The notes: generated by a model from the letters alone, not told the origin. Shown: positions 9,838-19,985, numbered from the stretch's first letter. The stretch: 64,000 bases of DNA from a virus (IMGVR_UViG_3300011890_000001:205066-269065), one strand, 5' to 3'. Program-made: numbers and translations.

Positions 9838-12800
9838 ATGCTCACTTTTAACGCGCCCGAATCGAACGGCCTGACCGCGAGTATGGAGGCGATGGCGCCG
9901 CTTTATGACATGTACTTTCGAAAGTACGGCATTCTGCGACCCGTCCAACTTGTACAGCCGAAGGCACAGAAACTGGAAGAGTTGATTCTTCCGCAAAACA
10001 GCCTACTGCATTATCTGCCGGAAGACGAAATCGAAGTCTGTATTCCGCAGACCCATCCGTTGCTGGCACAAACCGAACGCCTTACCCTGATCCGTCATCT
10101 CGACCGACTGACCAGCGAGGAAGGCAAACCGCGACTGCTGCCTGTACCGGTGGCTTCGATCAAGACCCAGTTCCATCGGCGCAATCGCCGCACCCGCGAG
10201 ATGCTCACGCCCGACGTGACGCTGCGCGAAATGGAAACTGACGAGAAAAAGGTCGCCGCTGGTCCGGTCGGCACCTCACCGCTTCAGGTGAAGGTCTACA
10301 ACTACGGACTGCTCAACCAGCTTTATCGCTACCCCACTAATTTCTTCCGTGCCTACAATCGTTGGCGTAATCTTCAACACACTCTTTGGACCCACGTCGG
10401 TGACGTCGGTCGCAATTACCCGAACGTGAATCAGTTCATGTTTGCGCGATTGCCGACTGTACTGCCGACTATCGCGTACTTGCTGCGTGGCGAAAAGGAA
10501 ATGACGCGCGACCTGATGGGTCGTTTCGCACAGCCTGAATCCCTGTTCATTCTTGAACTGTGGAAGTGGTTGGGTGATAAGCGCGACAGCTCTATCATCG
10601 CCAGGGCGACGCCTGAAGAGCTGCGCCGCATGAACATCATTTTCCAGGAGCAGGATCGCTGGATCATGGTGAACATGGGTCGGTTGAATGACTGGCGCAA
10701 GCGTCCGGACTCTGAAGACGGTCCAGTGCAGGTAGGCGGGGCGGTGGAGACCAAGCAGATTCAGCGCCGCTTCCTGCGTATGCTGATGGCGCTGATGGAG
10801 GTTCGCACTGGTATCAGCGGCGAAGCACCGCAACCGATCGCCAAGTCCATTGATGCCGTGCCTGAAGTTTCCGTCGACGGCGAAGGGGAAGTTGAGGTTA
10901 AGACGGTAGTCAAGCCCGACCCCATCCAGCTGAAGGTGACGGACGATGAAGGCAAGACCAGCAAAGTCCGTTTGACCGCTCATCTGAATTTGGACAGGCT
11001 GCCCAGCAACCTGGCTGAAGAGACCGACGAGAACCAGGCTTTGATTGACGAAGCCATCACGATGGACCTGAAGGCTTTGGATCATCTGGCAGCACAGTAC
11101 GAGGAGTCGTTGGTGGACGGCGAGGAAGATTCGCCCCAAGATACCTACGACAACGAAATCAGTGCGATGGTCAAGTACGTCCCTGAGGAAACCACCCCTG
11201 AGAAGGGTGTGATGGATGCAGTGGATCAGCTGGCCGATGCGGGTATGATCTCCGGTGCGGAGTATCGTCGCATGCAGGCGCTCTCCACGGCCTATACTCG
11301 AATCCCGAATCCGTTCGGTGAGGGCGCACTCGCAGATCTGTTGGTGATCAACCCAGAAGATCGTTCGCTGGATAATCCGCAGCAGTTCCCGGATAATCCT
11401 CAGGTGCCGGATAAGTCGTTGCTCAAGAGCACGATCGTTGACTTCACCCCGAAGTACCTGAAGGAGCTCTACCCGAAGGACGTGGCACGCACACTGATGT
11501 CCTTCCAGAAGGCCGGCATTGCTGTCACCTCGGTGGAACACGAAGAAGTGCGTAACGCATTGAACCATTTCGAACGGTTCTCCGTGCAGTTGACGCCGAC
11601 CCAAGGTCGTGCCTCGACCATTCACATGCGCGTACCTAAGATCAAGGACGACGGCACTTACATCGACAACGGTTCGCGTTACCGCCGCCGTATCCAACGT
11701 GGTGATCTTCCGATCCGTAAGATCAATCCGCGCGTGGTGGCACTGTCCAGCTATTACGATCGCACCACGATCAGTCGTTCCGAAAAGATGGTAGACAACC
11801 TGCACGTCTGGTTGACTAACCTGATCGTTTCGATGGCAATGAAGCCGGACAATGACAAGGTCACTGAACCTGCCCTGAGTAACGTCTTTGTTTCCGACAA
11901 CCGCACGCCGCGCATCTACTCGATGTTGGCGCATCGTTTCTTGTCTTTCAAGAGCGGTGATCTGTTCTTCTATTTCGACTACGCTACTCGCCATCAGAAG
12001 TTTGGTGCTGAACGCGTGGATCAGATCGAGAAGGGCGAGCTGACGGTCATCGGCAGTAAAGGTGAGAACCTGTTGGTGGTAGACGAAGGTAATACCATCT
12101 ACGAAGCCGTTGGGTTGGAGCTGAAGGTGCTGGGCACGATGCTCGAGATCCTCGACATCACGGCGATCCCGCCGGTGGAAGTGGCGGAGATGAAGATCTT
12201 CCGTAAGCAGCTTCCGGTCGGTGTGTTCCTGGCTTATCACCTCGGCATCACTGAACTGTTCCGACTGTTGGGTGTCGTACCGCGCCGCGTACCGACCGGT
12301 ACTCGTCTGAACATGGCCGACGACGAAATGGCTATTCGTTTCCAAGACGAGTCGTGGGTGATTCCCAACGATGGCGGGAAGGCAGGTCTGATTCTGACCG
12401 GCCTGGTCAAGTACGAGAAGATCACCAAGGATTACAGCTCGCATCTGTTTGACCGTAAGGACGTGTACTTTAACGTTCTGGAGCGGGCAGGCATGGGCGT
12501 GCGCTATATCCGTGAGATGACACTGATCGAACAGATGTTTGTCGATCCGATGACCGAGGACGTATTGAAGGAGATGGGCGAACCCACTGACTTCATCGGC
12601 CTGTGTTTCCGAGCCTGCGAACTGCTGGTCACCGACTGGTCGCCGCAGGAGACCGACATGGCCTACATGCGCCTGAAGGGGTATGAAGGTATCGTTGGAG
12701 CCATGTACAGCGAGATGATCAAGTCGCTGCGACAGTTCAACGCACGTGGTGCTATTGCCAATCGTAAGATTGACATGCATCCCGAAGCCGTGTGGGTTAA

Positions 12801-14253
12801 CATCGCCACCGACTCCGTCAAGAAGGCGGTGGAAGAAGCCAACCCCGTGCACTGTATGCGTGAGCGTGAGGAAGTGACCTTCTCTGGTCACGGTGGTCGT
12901 TCCGGTCGTTCAATGGTTGAGCGTTCACGAATCTACCATCCCAACGACATGGGTGTGATCTCCGAATCGACTAAGGACTCGGCGGACGTTTCGGTGACTA
13001 CGTTCACCACCGCCAACCCGACGCTGACTTCGCTTCGCGGTATCACTCGCCGTATCGACATCGAGAAGGACGGCCCTGCGTCAATCTTGTCGTCACCAGC
13101 ATTGTTGTCGCCGGCAGCCGATCGCGACGACGGTAAGCGTGTAGGCTTTATTCCGATTCAGCATTCGTCGGGCACGTTCACCAAGGGTTACCGCACCACG
13201 CCGCTGCGTACTGGTTTTGAACACGTCATCGCGCATCGCGTGGACGACATGTTTGCAAGCTCGGCTACCGATGACGGTAAGATCATTGCACTGAGCAACT
13301 CGGTACTGACTGTCGAATACGCCAACGGCGCGAAGCAGTCTATTCAAATCGGTCGCCGCTTCGGTAAGGCTGCCGGTAAGAACATTCCGCAGATGCTGGT
13401 CACTGACTTCAAGCTGGGGGAGACGGTTAAGAAGGGTGACGTTCTTGCTTACAACAGCAATTACTTTGCACCCGACCTGCTGGTACCGAAGCAAGTAGTT
13501 TGGAAGGCTGGTGTGATGGCCATGGTTGCTTTCATGGAACACGCCGATACGCTGGAAGACTCCTCGGTTATTTCCGAGAAACTCGCTAAGGAACTGGAGA
13601 CCTCTGTCACGACCATTCGCGATATCACGGTAGCGTTCTCCGACACCGTCCACGGTCTTGTACAAGTGGGAGATGAGGTCGAAGATGACACAATCCTATG
13701 TACGATCGAAGACGCCGTAACGGCTGAGAGTAATCTGTTCAGTGAGAAATCACTCGACATGCTCCAGTTGTTGGCTGCCAATACGCCTCGCGCTAAACAG
13801 CGTGGCGTCGTGGAAAAGATCGAGGTACTGTACCATGGCGATCTGGAAGACATGTCCGAATCGCTGGGCCTGATCGCTGGACAAAGTGATCGGGCGCGCA
13901 AGCGCCTGTGTCGCGAGATGGGTGAACCGCCCATCACCGGTCTGGTTGACGCCACCGCACGTATTCAGAGCCAGCCCCTGGTGGCTGACCATGCTGTTAT
14001 TCGCGTTTACATCACTGGTCCCGTCGCCGCTGGCGTTGGTGACAAGGTGGTATTCGCTAGCCAGCTGAAGAGTGTGGTTGGTCGACTGATGGCCGGTCGC
14101 AATGAGACTAAGGACGGGCAAGAGATCGATGCTATCTTTAGCTATCAGTCTGTCGCCAACCGAATCGTGCGTAGTCCCGAGATCATAGGCATGGCCAATC
14201 TGCTCCTGCTGAAGCTTAGCGAACGCATGGCCGACACGTACTTCAACGAATGA
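9838..14253 (+). CDS. Virion RNA polymerase beta-like subunit (phiKZ gp178-like)
   Basis: 1471 aa; beta-type motifs (TFSGHGGRS, SESTKDS, EDSSVIS, GDKVVFASQLKSVV, IDAIF). Confidence 0.92.
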   Translation: MLTFNAPESNGLTASMEAMAPLYDMYFRKYGILRPVQLVQPKAQKLEELILPQNSLLHYLPEDEIEVCIPQTHPLLAQTERLTLIRHLDRLTSEEGKPRLLPVPVASIKTQFHRRNRRTREMLTPDVTLREMETDEKKVAAGPVGTSPLQVKVYNYGLLNQLYRYPTNFFRAYNRWRNLQHTLWTHVGDVGRNYPNVNQFMFARLPTVLPTIAYLLRGEKEMTRDLMGRFAQPESLFILELWKWLGDKRDSSIIARATPEELRRMNIIFQEQDRWIMVNMGRLNDWRKRPDSEDGPVQVGGAVETKQIQRRFLRMLMALMEVRTGISGEAPQPIAKSIDAVPEVSVDGEGEVEVKTVVKPDPIQLKVTDDEGKTSKVRLTAHLNLDRLPSNLAEETDENQALIDEAITMDLKALDHLAAQYEESLVDGEEDSPQDTYDNEISAMVKYVPEETTPEKGVMDAVDQLADAGMISGAEYRRMQALSTAYTRIPNPFGEGALADLLVINPEDRSLDNPQQFPDNPQVPDKSLLKSTIVDFTPKYLKELYPKDVARTLMSFQKAGIAVTSVEHEEVRNALNHFERFSVQLTPTQGRASTIHMRVPKIKDDGTYIDNGSRYRRRIQRGDLPIRKINPRVVALSSYYDRTTISRSEKMVDNLHVWLTNLIVSMAMKPDNDKVTEPALSNVFVSDNRTPRIYSMLAHRFLSFKSGDLFFYFDYATRHQKFGAERVDQIEKGELTVIGSKGENLLVVDEGNTIYEAVGLELKVLGTMLEILDITAIPPVEVAEMKIFRKQLPVGVFLAYHLGITELFRLLGVVPRRVPTGTRLNMADDEMAIRFQDESWVIPNDGGKAGLILTGLVKYEKITKDYSSHLFDRKDVYFNVLERAGMGVRYIREMTLIEQMFVDPMTEDVLKEMGEPTDFIGLCFRACELLVTDWSPQETDMAYMRLKGYEGIVGAMYSEMIKSLRQFNARGAIANRKIDMHPEAVWVNIATDSVKKAVEEANPVHCMREREEVTFSGHGGRSGRSMVERSRIYHPNDMGVISESTKDSADVSVTTFTTANPTLTSLRGITRRIDIEKDGPASILSSPALLSPAADRDDGKRVGFIPIQHSSGTFTKGYRTTPLRTGFEHVIAHRVDDMFASSATDDGKIIALSNSVLTVEYANGAKQSIQIGRRFGKAAGKNIPQMLVTDFKLGETVKKGDVLAYNSNYFAPDLLVPKQVVWKAGVMAMVAFMEHADTLEDSSVISEKLAKELETSVTTIRDITVAFSDTVHGLVQVGDEVEDDTILCTIEDAVTAESNLFSEKSLDMLQLLAANTPRAKQRGVVEKIEVLYHGDLEDMSESLGLIAGQSDRARKRLCREMGEPPITGLVDATARIQSQPLVADHAVIRVYITGPVAAGVGDKVVFASQLKSVVGRLMAGRNETKDGQEIDAIFSYQSVANRIVRSPEIIGMANLLLLKLSERMADTYFNE

Positions 14254-14255
14254 TG

Positions 14256-14283
14256 AGTGGGGGCCTTCGGGCCCCCACTTTTC
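14256..14283 (+). terminator. Intrinsic terminator
   Basis: agtgggggcc-TTCG-ggcccccact followed by a T run. Confidence 0.85.
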
Positions 14284-14318
14284 TAACCCGCCACCGCACT
14301 CAGGAAACTGAAAAGAAA

Positions 14319-14531
14319 ATGAGCACCATTTCCAAAGAAAGCGCGATCGAGCAGAGCACTGTTCCGACGCTGGCCAATGCCATCCACATGGGTGCCGAAG
14401 CCATTCTGCGTGTCGCAGGCAATGAAATCGCCAACACCATTCGTGGTAAGGCCCTCACTGTCTCCGCACTCCACTCGGCGCTGGCTACCCGTATCCGTAG
14501 CCGCACTCCCGCCATCCAGAAGAAGGGCTGA
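14319..14531 (+). CDS. Small hypothetical protein (70 aa)
   Basis: ATG 14319 downstream of the terminator with a purine-rich RBS; typical codon usage. Confidence 0.65.
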   Translation: MSTISKESAIEQSTVPTLANAIHMGAEAILRVAGNEIANTIRGKALTVSALHSALATRIRSRTPAIQKKG

Positions 14532-14534
14532 ATC

Positions 14535-15953
14535 ATGCTGCACGCCACTGCCGTAGGTATGAGCCAGATCGTCAATCAGGATCTGACTCTCAAAAATGTC
14601 AAGATCGAAGCACGTCCGGGCACCGCACTGGAAGCGCTGACTGATCTGTCCACTGCCGACATCCAAGTCCAAAAACACATCAAGGTCGATGGAGCGTCGC
14701 TTCCCATCGATCTGGCCGCTTCCCTGGAATCGGCAGCCAACGTTCCGGAAGAAGGCGCCAGCATGACTGAACATGACGTCGTCATGGATCAGGCTGTCGA
14801 GATGCTGGCCACCCAGCTGGCCGGTCTGCTGGATACCGCCCAGAACGTCGTCAATCCGACCATTCGTCGCGTCCATGATTTCGTCGATGCTGAACTGCTG
14901 CGCTGCATCGTTCCGAAGGCTTCTCCTTTCACCATCGTCAAGAAGCGCCCGCCGGCCGTCCTGCGTAGCGTACTGCTGCGGGAGTCTGTCGCACGTTTCG
15001 CCGCCGGTCCGACGACCGACTTTATGACCCGTGATGTCGGCGCCGTGGCCCCGGGCGATCTGAAGACCACTATGGTCACCGGCCACCAGAGCATGGACGA
15101 GCTGCTGGATGGCGTTATTCAGGACGTCGGCTACGACGCACTGATGGCCACCTGGAACCAGCTGTTCAATGTGAACTCCAGTCTGCGCGTCGGGTTCTCC
15201 TCCGACGAAACGGCCACGATGGCTGTTGCTGCATTCTTCATGGCTTCGCATGCACACGTCAATGTGCCGGCTGGCGTTCAGATCAACCTGGCCGAATGGC
15301 GCGCCTACACCTCGGGCCTGATCGCCACCCTGGGCTGTCTGATTCTGGAACACATCGACCGCGCCGATAAGTCGGCTCAGTTCGGCTCCATGATCCTCCG
15401 CACTCCGGTTCCGGGTAACCGCGAGGGTGAGATCATCGTCGATGGTGCACGCTTTGACAACTGGTGCGCACGCGGTGGTTCGGAAGAGATCCTGCTGGGT
15501 GCCTTTATCGGCGACAACCGACTGGGTGATCCGGAATCCCTGCTGGAGAACGCCGCTGCCCACCGTAAGGCCTGGGCCGTCCACTGCGGCATGTTCCAAG
15601 CCCACCGTACCGCCGATCGTCTGACCGTGGTACAGCAGGCGCTTCAGCGCGCACTGGCTGCTGAAGTGGTCGGTCAGCTGGCTGAAGAAGACCGACCGGC
15701 TGCACACGACAAGCTGAACGCATTCTGCTACGCGATCACCATGTACGACATGGAGAAACTGTGGGAAACCTGCCGCGCGGGCGTCTGCTCTGTGCTTTTC
15801 CCCAACAGTGATGCTGCACGACTGCTGATCAACATCGACGCCCAGACCAAGAACAATCCGGATCTGGAACCGCGCGAACTGGCACTGCTGGCTTCGATCG
15901 ACCTCGTGGCCGACTGGGTGTGCAGTTCGATGGTGGTGTGCGACAACCCCTGA
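14535..15953 (+). CDS. Conserved virion/head protein (gp177-like position)
   Basis: 472 aa, strong codon bias, within the head-assembly operon. Confidence 0.6.
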   Translation: MLHATAVGMSQIVNQDLTLKNVKIEARPGTALEALTDLSTADIQVQKHIKVDGASLPIDLAASLESAANVPEEGASMTEHDVVMDQAVEMLATQLAGLLDTAQNVVNPTIRRVHDFVDAELLRCIVPKASPFTIVKKRPPAVLRSVLLRESVARFAAGPTTDFMTRDVGAVAPGDLKTTMVTGHQSMDELLDGVIQDVGYDALMATWNQLFNVNSSLRVGFSSDETATMAVAAFFMASHAHVNVPAGVQINLAEWRAYTSGLIATLGCLILEHIDRADKSAQFGSMILRTPVPGNREGEIIVDGARFDNWCARGGSEEILLGAFIGDNRLGDPESLLENAAAHRKAWAVHCGMFQAHRTADRLTVVQQALQRALAAEVVGQLAEEDRPAAHDKLNAFCYAITMYDMEKLWETCRAGVCSVLFPNSDAARLLINIDAQTKNNPDLEPRELALLASIDLVADWVCSSMVVCDNP

Positions 15954-15961
15954 GGTAAACC

Positions 15962-16696
15962 ATGGACTTCTCAGCATTGATCCGCGACCCCCAAAAGGTC
16001 TACGAGGCGCTCTCTCTCCAAGAGGACGGTTCGATCATCTGCCTCAAGCCTGTTAAGGTGATCATCCCCACTCGCTATCTAGAAAGTTCGCTAGCTGAGA
16101 TTGGTGCCACTGTTTCGACTCTGGCCGTCTATGCAATTGTGGTGGACGATAAGCATTACGCCGTCAGCAAGACGCTGGCGATGATGACGCTTACGCCCAC
16201 CGCAGTTGCTACCCGCAAATACGACGAGACGAGTTACGAAGAACTCTTCATGGATGTAGGCTCAGTGTTTACCCCCACCACTGACCTGGTGATAACCGAC
16301 ACACTGGTCTACTACGCTTTGGAGAACTTTGTTAACCGAGGACGCATTCCGTGGTTCCTCGATTACGAAGACGTAGTGACCCTGACCTACACGGCAGAGA
16401 AACACGCCAACGTGAACCTGACTTCGTCTCATGCGGTATTGGCAATCATCGCATCGGCTGTTGCGCGCGATGTCAATGACAACCGCAAGTATTTCCGGCA
16501 GACACTTGTAGGGGCCGACAAGAAGCGAGGTCGTAACGGTAGAGACGTGACATTTGTCCCGCTCAGCAGCGTCATCATGGGCGCTACCAACACCACCTCG
16601 CGACTGCAAGGTTCCCATCGAACCGACGGTACCATCTCGGCACTCATTAACCCGAGTACCCGACTGGAACGTGTCGAACAACTTCTGCGCATGTAA
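15962..16696 (+). CDS. Conserved virion protein (gp176-like)
   Basis: 244 aa, GAGG RBS, immediately upstream of the prohead protease. Confidence 0.6.
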   Translation: MDFSALIRDPQKVYEALSLQEDGSIICLKPVKVIIPTRYLESSLAEIGATVSTLAVYAIVVDDKHYAVSKTLAMMTLTPTAVATRKYDETSYEELFMDVGSVFTPTTDLVITDTLVYYALENFVNRGRIPWFLDYEDVVTLTYTAEKHANVNLTSSHAVLAIIASAVARDVNDNRKYFRQTLVGADKKRGRNGRDVTFVPLSSVIMGATNTTSRLQGSHRTDGTISALINPSTRLERVEQLLRM

Positions 16697-16708
16697 CAAG
16701 GAAAACAG

Positions 16709-17476
16709 ATGAGCAGTTTCTCTCTTTCCTGCACGGCGCTGATGGGTACCAACAAAGCTGGAACCCTCAAGCCCGATGCAGACGGGTATTACACAGTCGT
16801 ACTGGGCGCACTTGACGTCTACAACTCCATTGGTGCTTTCTATCCGGAAGCATCGGCGCGTGAGCTATTTGAGCGCTCCTCCTCGCTGATGCGGCGCGTC
16901 GCCTCGGGTAACCTACGGGGCGAGTACGGACATCCGCGTAAGGACCCGGGCATGTCCGACGATCAGTTCTTGGCGCGCGTTCGCGATATCGTGGAACAAT
17001 GTGTCAGTCACCACATCCGTAAGGTAACGGTTGACTACACCACGCATCGCAACAAGCACGGTCAGCCAGTTATCACCATTGTGGGTGAGGTCAAGCCGGC
17101 AGGTCCGTTTGGTCCGGCGCTACAGAAGCAGTTGGACAATCCGTCGGAGGACGTTTGTTTCTCGATTCGTTCGCTGACCAACGACCGCTATGAAGGCGGT
17201 CGTCTGATGAAACACCTGAAGGTCATCGTGACCTGGGACTACGTCAATGAGCCCGGACTGGACGTTGCGCGCAAGTGGAATGCTCCTGGCCTGGAAAGCA
17301 TTGTCGACCTGCCGGGCAGCGAAATCAAGTTCACCTTCGACGACTTCAAGACCAAGATGAAGAATCCTGGTCGTGTGGGCGTCGGACTGGAATCTTCCGG
17401 CGGTGTCAGTCACGAAGAGTTTGCGGCTGCCGTCGCTGGATGCTCCAACGTCGCACCGGCTTCTTCGCGCTGGTAA
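16709..17476 (+). CDS. Prohead (head maturation) protease, phiKZ gp175-like
   Basis: GEYGHP (His), FSIRS (Ser) and TWDYVNEPG motifs; C-terminal GLES self-cleavage-type sites. Confidence 0.9.
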   Translation: MSSFSLSCTALMGTNKAGTLKPDADGYYTVVLGALDVYNSIGAFYPEASARELFERSSSLMRRVASGNLRGEYGHPRKDPGMSDDQFLARVRDIVEQCVSHHIRKVTVDYTTHRNKHGQPVITIVGEVKPAGPFGPALQKQLDNPSEDVCFSIRSLTNDRYEGGRLMKHLKVIVTWDYVNEPGLDVARKWNAPGLESIVDLPGSEIKFTFDDFKTKMKNPGRVGVGLESSGGVSHEEFAAAVAGCSNVAPASSRW

Positions 17477-17497
17477 AAACTATTTCAGGACCGTATC
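17475..17497 (+). promoter_or_regulatory. Putative phage promoter (AAA..ATTTCA.GACC motif)
   Basis: aaaaactatttcaggaccgtatc; similar motifs at 37244, 38936, 49869 and 59899. Confidence 0.45.
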
Positions 17498-17516
17498 ATC
17501 GGACTGCAATGGAAAC

Positions 17517-17551
17517 CATAAAACCCCCACCCTTCGGGGTGGGGGCTTATG
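17517..17551. terminator. Stem-loop with CATAA...TTATG flanks
   Basis: cataaaacccccacc-cttcgg-ggtgggggcttatg. Confidence 0.7.
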
Positions 17552-17586
17552 TCATCGTCAATCGAGACAAAGGGTTAGGTGTTTTA

Positions 17587-18063
17587 ATGAATGCTGAAGA
17601 AATCATCACGAATGTCCTGCAGTTTCGTCGCGACCACCATGAACCGAAGACACCCATTGTTTTGAGCGCGGGGTGTGCACTGGTGATTTATGGCGTAAGG
17701 GAGACTTGCGGCGACATCGATGCCGATGTAAACGAATCGGTCTATCGGCGACTTCGCAGTAAGGTCGATCCGACTGCAATTCAAAAGTTTGGAGATGTGG
17801 AATATTTTGCCGTCAATAACGCTATTGATCTCCACATCCTCAATCGCAACCGTAAATACATTGATGCCAGCGCGTGCTTCAGTACCGCACATCCGTTGTA
17901 CGAGCAGGCAAAGGGCGTGCAGCTTTATACACTTGCCGATATGTATGAGCAGAAGCTTGCATTGATTAAGAACCCGCTCCGCAATCCTGCCAAACTCGAA
18001 CAAGATAAAGCTGACCTGGACGGCATCAAGCTCCTTCGAACAATTGGCCTGAAGCGCCGTTGA
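17587..18063 (+). CDS. Pol-beta-superfamily nucleotidyltransferase-like protein (copy 1)
   Basis: SAGCALVIYGVRETCGDIDAD motif (G..A...G.R...DID) and C-terminal K...D..D helix. Confidence 0.6.
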   Translation: MNAEEIITNVLQFRRDHHEPKTPIVLSAGCALVIYGVRETCGDIDADVNESVYRRLRSKVDPTAIQKFGDVEYFAVNNAIDLHILNRNRKYIDASACFSTAHPLYEQAKGVQLYTLADMYEQKLALIKNPLRNPAKLEQDKADLDGIKLLRTIGLKRR

Positions 18064-18074
18064 AGAACACCCCC

Positions 18075-18107
18075 CCCCCCACCCTCGAAGGGTGGGGGCT
18101 TATGCCG
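18075..18107. terminator. Stem-loop followed by TTATGCCG
   Basis: cccccaccct-cga-agggtggggg. Confidence 0.65.
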
Positions 18108-18169
18108 TAAAGTTTAACAGTGATGTACGACACATGTGTATTACCCAACACCCACACCGGAGTTAAGCA

Positions 18170-18520
18170 ATGGGCTACATGACTCGCGCCGAGTACAACG
18201 AACTGGTCGAAAAGCTGCGCAAGCGCGCAGCCGCACTGAACACTGAACCGTACCCTCACTTCAGTCAAACCGTCAACGCCCCTGCCGGTAACGGACCGCT
18301 GACCGTTGTTGAGAAGAACGTCGGCCGTACGATCCGCATCGTGCTGACCGAGATCAAGCCCACCGACCCTGTCGACGCTGTGATCATCGCCGATCACCTT
18401 CTGGGTCGCGTACAGCGGGATAACGTCGAACCCGGCACCGCTGTGAAGAAGATGCGCAGTCTTCTGAACCTGGAAGAAGCCCGCAAGGAATATACCCGCC
18501 GCCTGAAGAAGTCGGCCTAA
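18170..18520 (+). CDS. Hypothetical protein
   Basis: GGAG RBS, 116 aa, biased codons. Confidence 0.7.
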   Translation: MGYMTRAEYNELVEKLRKRAAALNTEPYPHFSQTVNAPAGNGPLTVVEKNVGRTIRIVLTEIKPTDPVDAVIIADHLLGRVQRDNVEPGTAVKKMRSLLNLEEARKEYTRRLKKSA

Positions 18521-18535
18521 ACTCAAGGAGTCGTC

Positions 18536-18961
18536 GTGAATAAAGAGCAGATCATCGCCCGTCTGGAATACTTCCGGAATCTGTTTGGGTTGGACAAGGA
18601 TAGTTTCGCCATCAACTCCGGCACCGCCATGGTCATGCATGGCCTGCGCGATGAGACCACCGACATCGACATTGAAATGGGCCGCTGCACCATTCAGGTG
18701 CTCGGACGCCCGATCAGCGCCGATGGCAAGTACCGTTTCCAGGGCGACTTCGACATCGGTCTGGCGCCGGGCGATGCCACCGTCTGCCGTATCGACGGTT
18801 ACCTGGTTTACACGCTTGAAGAACTGCTGGAACAGAAGCGTCGACTCCTGCACGAATCCAACCGGGCGCCGTATAAGCGTACTCGCGACCAGTCAGACAT
18901 CGACGCCATTCTGAACCATATCGCCGAGCGCGACAAGCAGCTGGAACTGGCCGATGCCTAA
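18536..18961 (+). CDS. Nucleotidyltransferase-like protein (copy 2)
   Basis: AAGGAG RBS; SGTAMVMHGLRDETTDIDIE and LLEQKRRL...KRTRDQSDIDAI parallel copy 1. Confidence 0.6.
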   Translation: MNKEQIIARLEYFRNLFGLDKDSFAINSGTAMVMHGLRDETTDIDIEMGRCTIQVLGRPISADGKYRFQGDFDIGLAPGDATVCRIDGYLVYTLEELLEQKRRLLHESNRAPYKRTRDQSDIDAILNHIAERDKQLELADA

Positions 18962-19226
18962 CCAACCTCCAGGCGCTTGGCCGTGGCCCAGTCGGACTTT
19001 CAATAAGCCGGAACCTGGGACCACCACGATCAAGGTCAGCGGGCTCAAGAAGTCGCCGCTCTTTACCGACAACAAGCCGCATGTGTTTGAAGACGTGATC
19101 GTCTCAACTGAAGACGCGCCTGCACACGCCGCAGCCGTAACCGAGTGGTTGGATGCATACGACCGCCACTATGGTTGCAGTGGATGGCGCTATATGGTCA
19201 ACGTAAAAGACCATATCGCCAAGTAA
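18954..19226 (+). CDS. Hypothetical protein
   Basis: Overlaps the upstream stop (translational coupling), 90 aa. Confidence 0.55.
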   Translation: MPNQPPGAWPWPSRTFNKPEPGTTTIKVSGLKKSPLFTDNKPHVFEDVIVSTEDAPAHAAAVTEWLDAYDRHYGCSGWRYMVNVKDHIAK

Positions 19227-19404
19227 CCTGAGGATTTAAAATCCTTTGAGTTACTTACTATAGCCTTGTCATGGATCCCATAAAGAACCGTGGCAGCGCT
19301 GCTACACCGTTAAACTGGCCGAGGCGTAAAACAATACGCCTCCGTCGGATTCTGTGGGTCACCAAGCCCAACCCCTTTCATACGTTTTAAATCGAGGAAT
19401 CATC

Positions 19405-19911
19405 ATGTCCGCTGCAACCGCCGAAAAGAAGACCGAAGCCAAGCCCGAGATCAAGGCACCGTCCGACGCCATCCTGGCCCTGGCCAAGGCCATCGGTTCG
19501 ACCATGACCGCCACCGTGGAAAAGGGCGCCACCGAAGCCCAGGTCACCCTGTCGGCCGACCCGACCGATGCGAACATGCCCGAAGATCTGACCATGGCGC
19601 AGATCAAGCGCACCCAGGACTACCGCACCCACCTGGTCGCCGCTGGCTCCCTGGCCAATGCCGAAGCCGGCCTGAAGCTGATGGACAAGAACAAGGACCT
19701 GAACTCGGTTACCTCCTCGTTCAAGTTCGGCAACGACACCATCGAAACCACCGTCCATCGCCAGAAGGAATTCAACGACGGCAAGGGCGGCAAGCTGGTC
19801 AAGCAGGGCTACGTCTCGGCCAGCGTCACCGCCAAGGGCGTCAGCAACACCGGCGAATTGGCCAAGGTGCGCAACCAGGTCAGCAACGAAGCCAAGAAGC
19901 TGTTCGGTTAA
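19405..19911 (+). CDS. Highly expressed hypothetical protein (168 aa)
   Basis: GAGG RBS, extreme GC3 codon bias, own promoter-like region (~19238-19268) and terminator. Confidence 0.8.
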   Translation: MSAATAEKKTEAKPEIKAPSDAILALAKAIGSTMTATVEKGATEAQVTLSADPTDANMPEDLTMAQIKRTQDYRTHLVAAGSLANAEAGLKLMDKNKDLNSVTSSFKFGNDTIETTVHRQKEFNDGKGGKLVKQGYVSASVTAKGVSNTGELAKVRNQVSNEAKKLFG

Positions 19912-19936
19912 TCCGGCCGGCGTCTCCGCGCTTTTC

Positions 19937-19985
19937 TAAATGGCGGGCCTACGGGCCCGCCATTTATGCAGTCTCTGTTTTTTTA
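19937..19985 (+). terminator. Intrinsic terminator
   Basis: taaatggcgggcc-tacg-ggcccgccattta with a downstream T run. Confidence 0.8.

Noticed and set aside
10276-12891. 871-aa minus-strand ORF (also 14283-15977, 22899-25121, 28787-30439, 39072-40655, 49911-51959, 61531-62940)
   Set aside because: In-register antisense frames of recognisable, strongly codon-biased genes.
18070-18080. Poly-C run as a phase-variable tract
   Set aside because: Intergenic and part of a hairpin arm; the extra length may be a homopolymer artefact.
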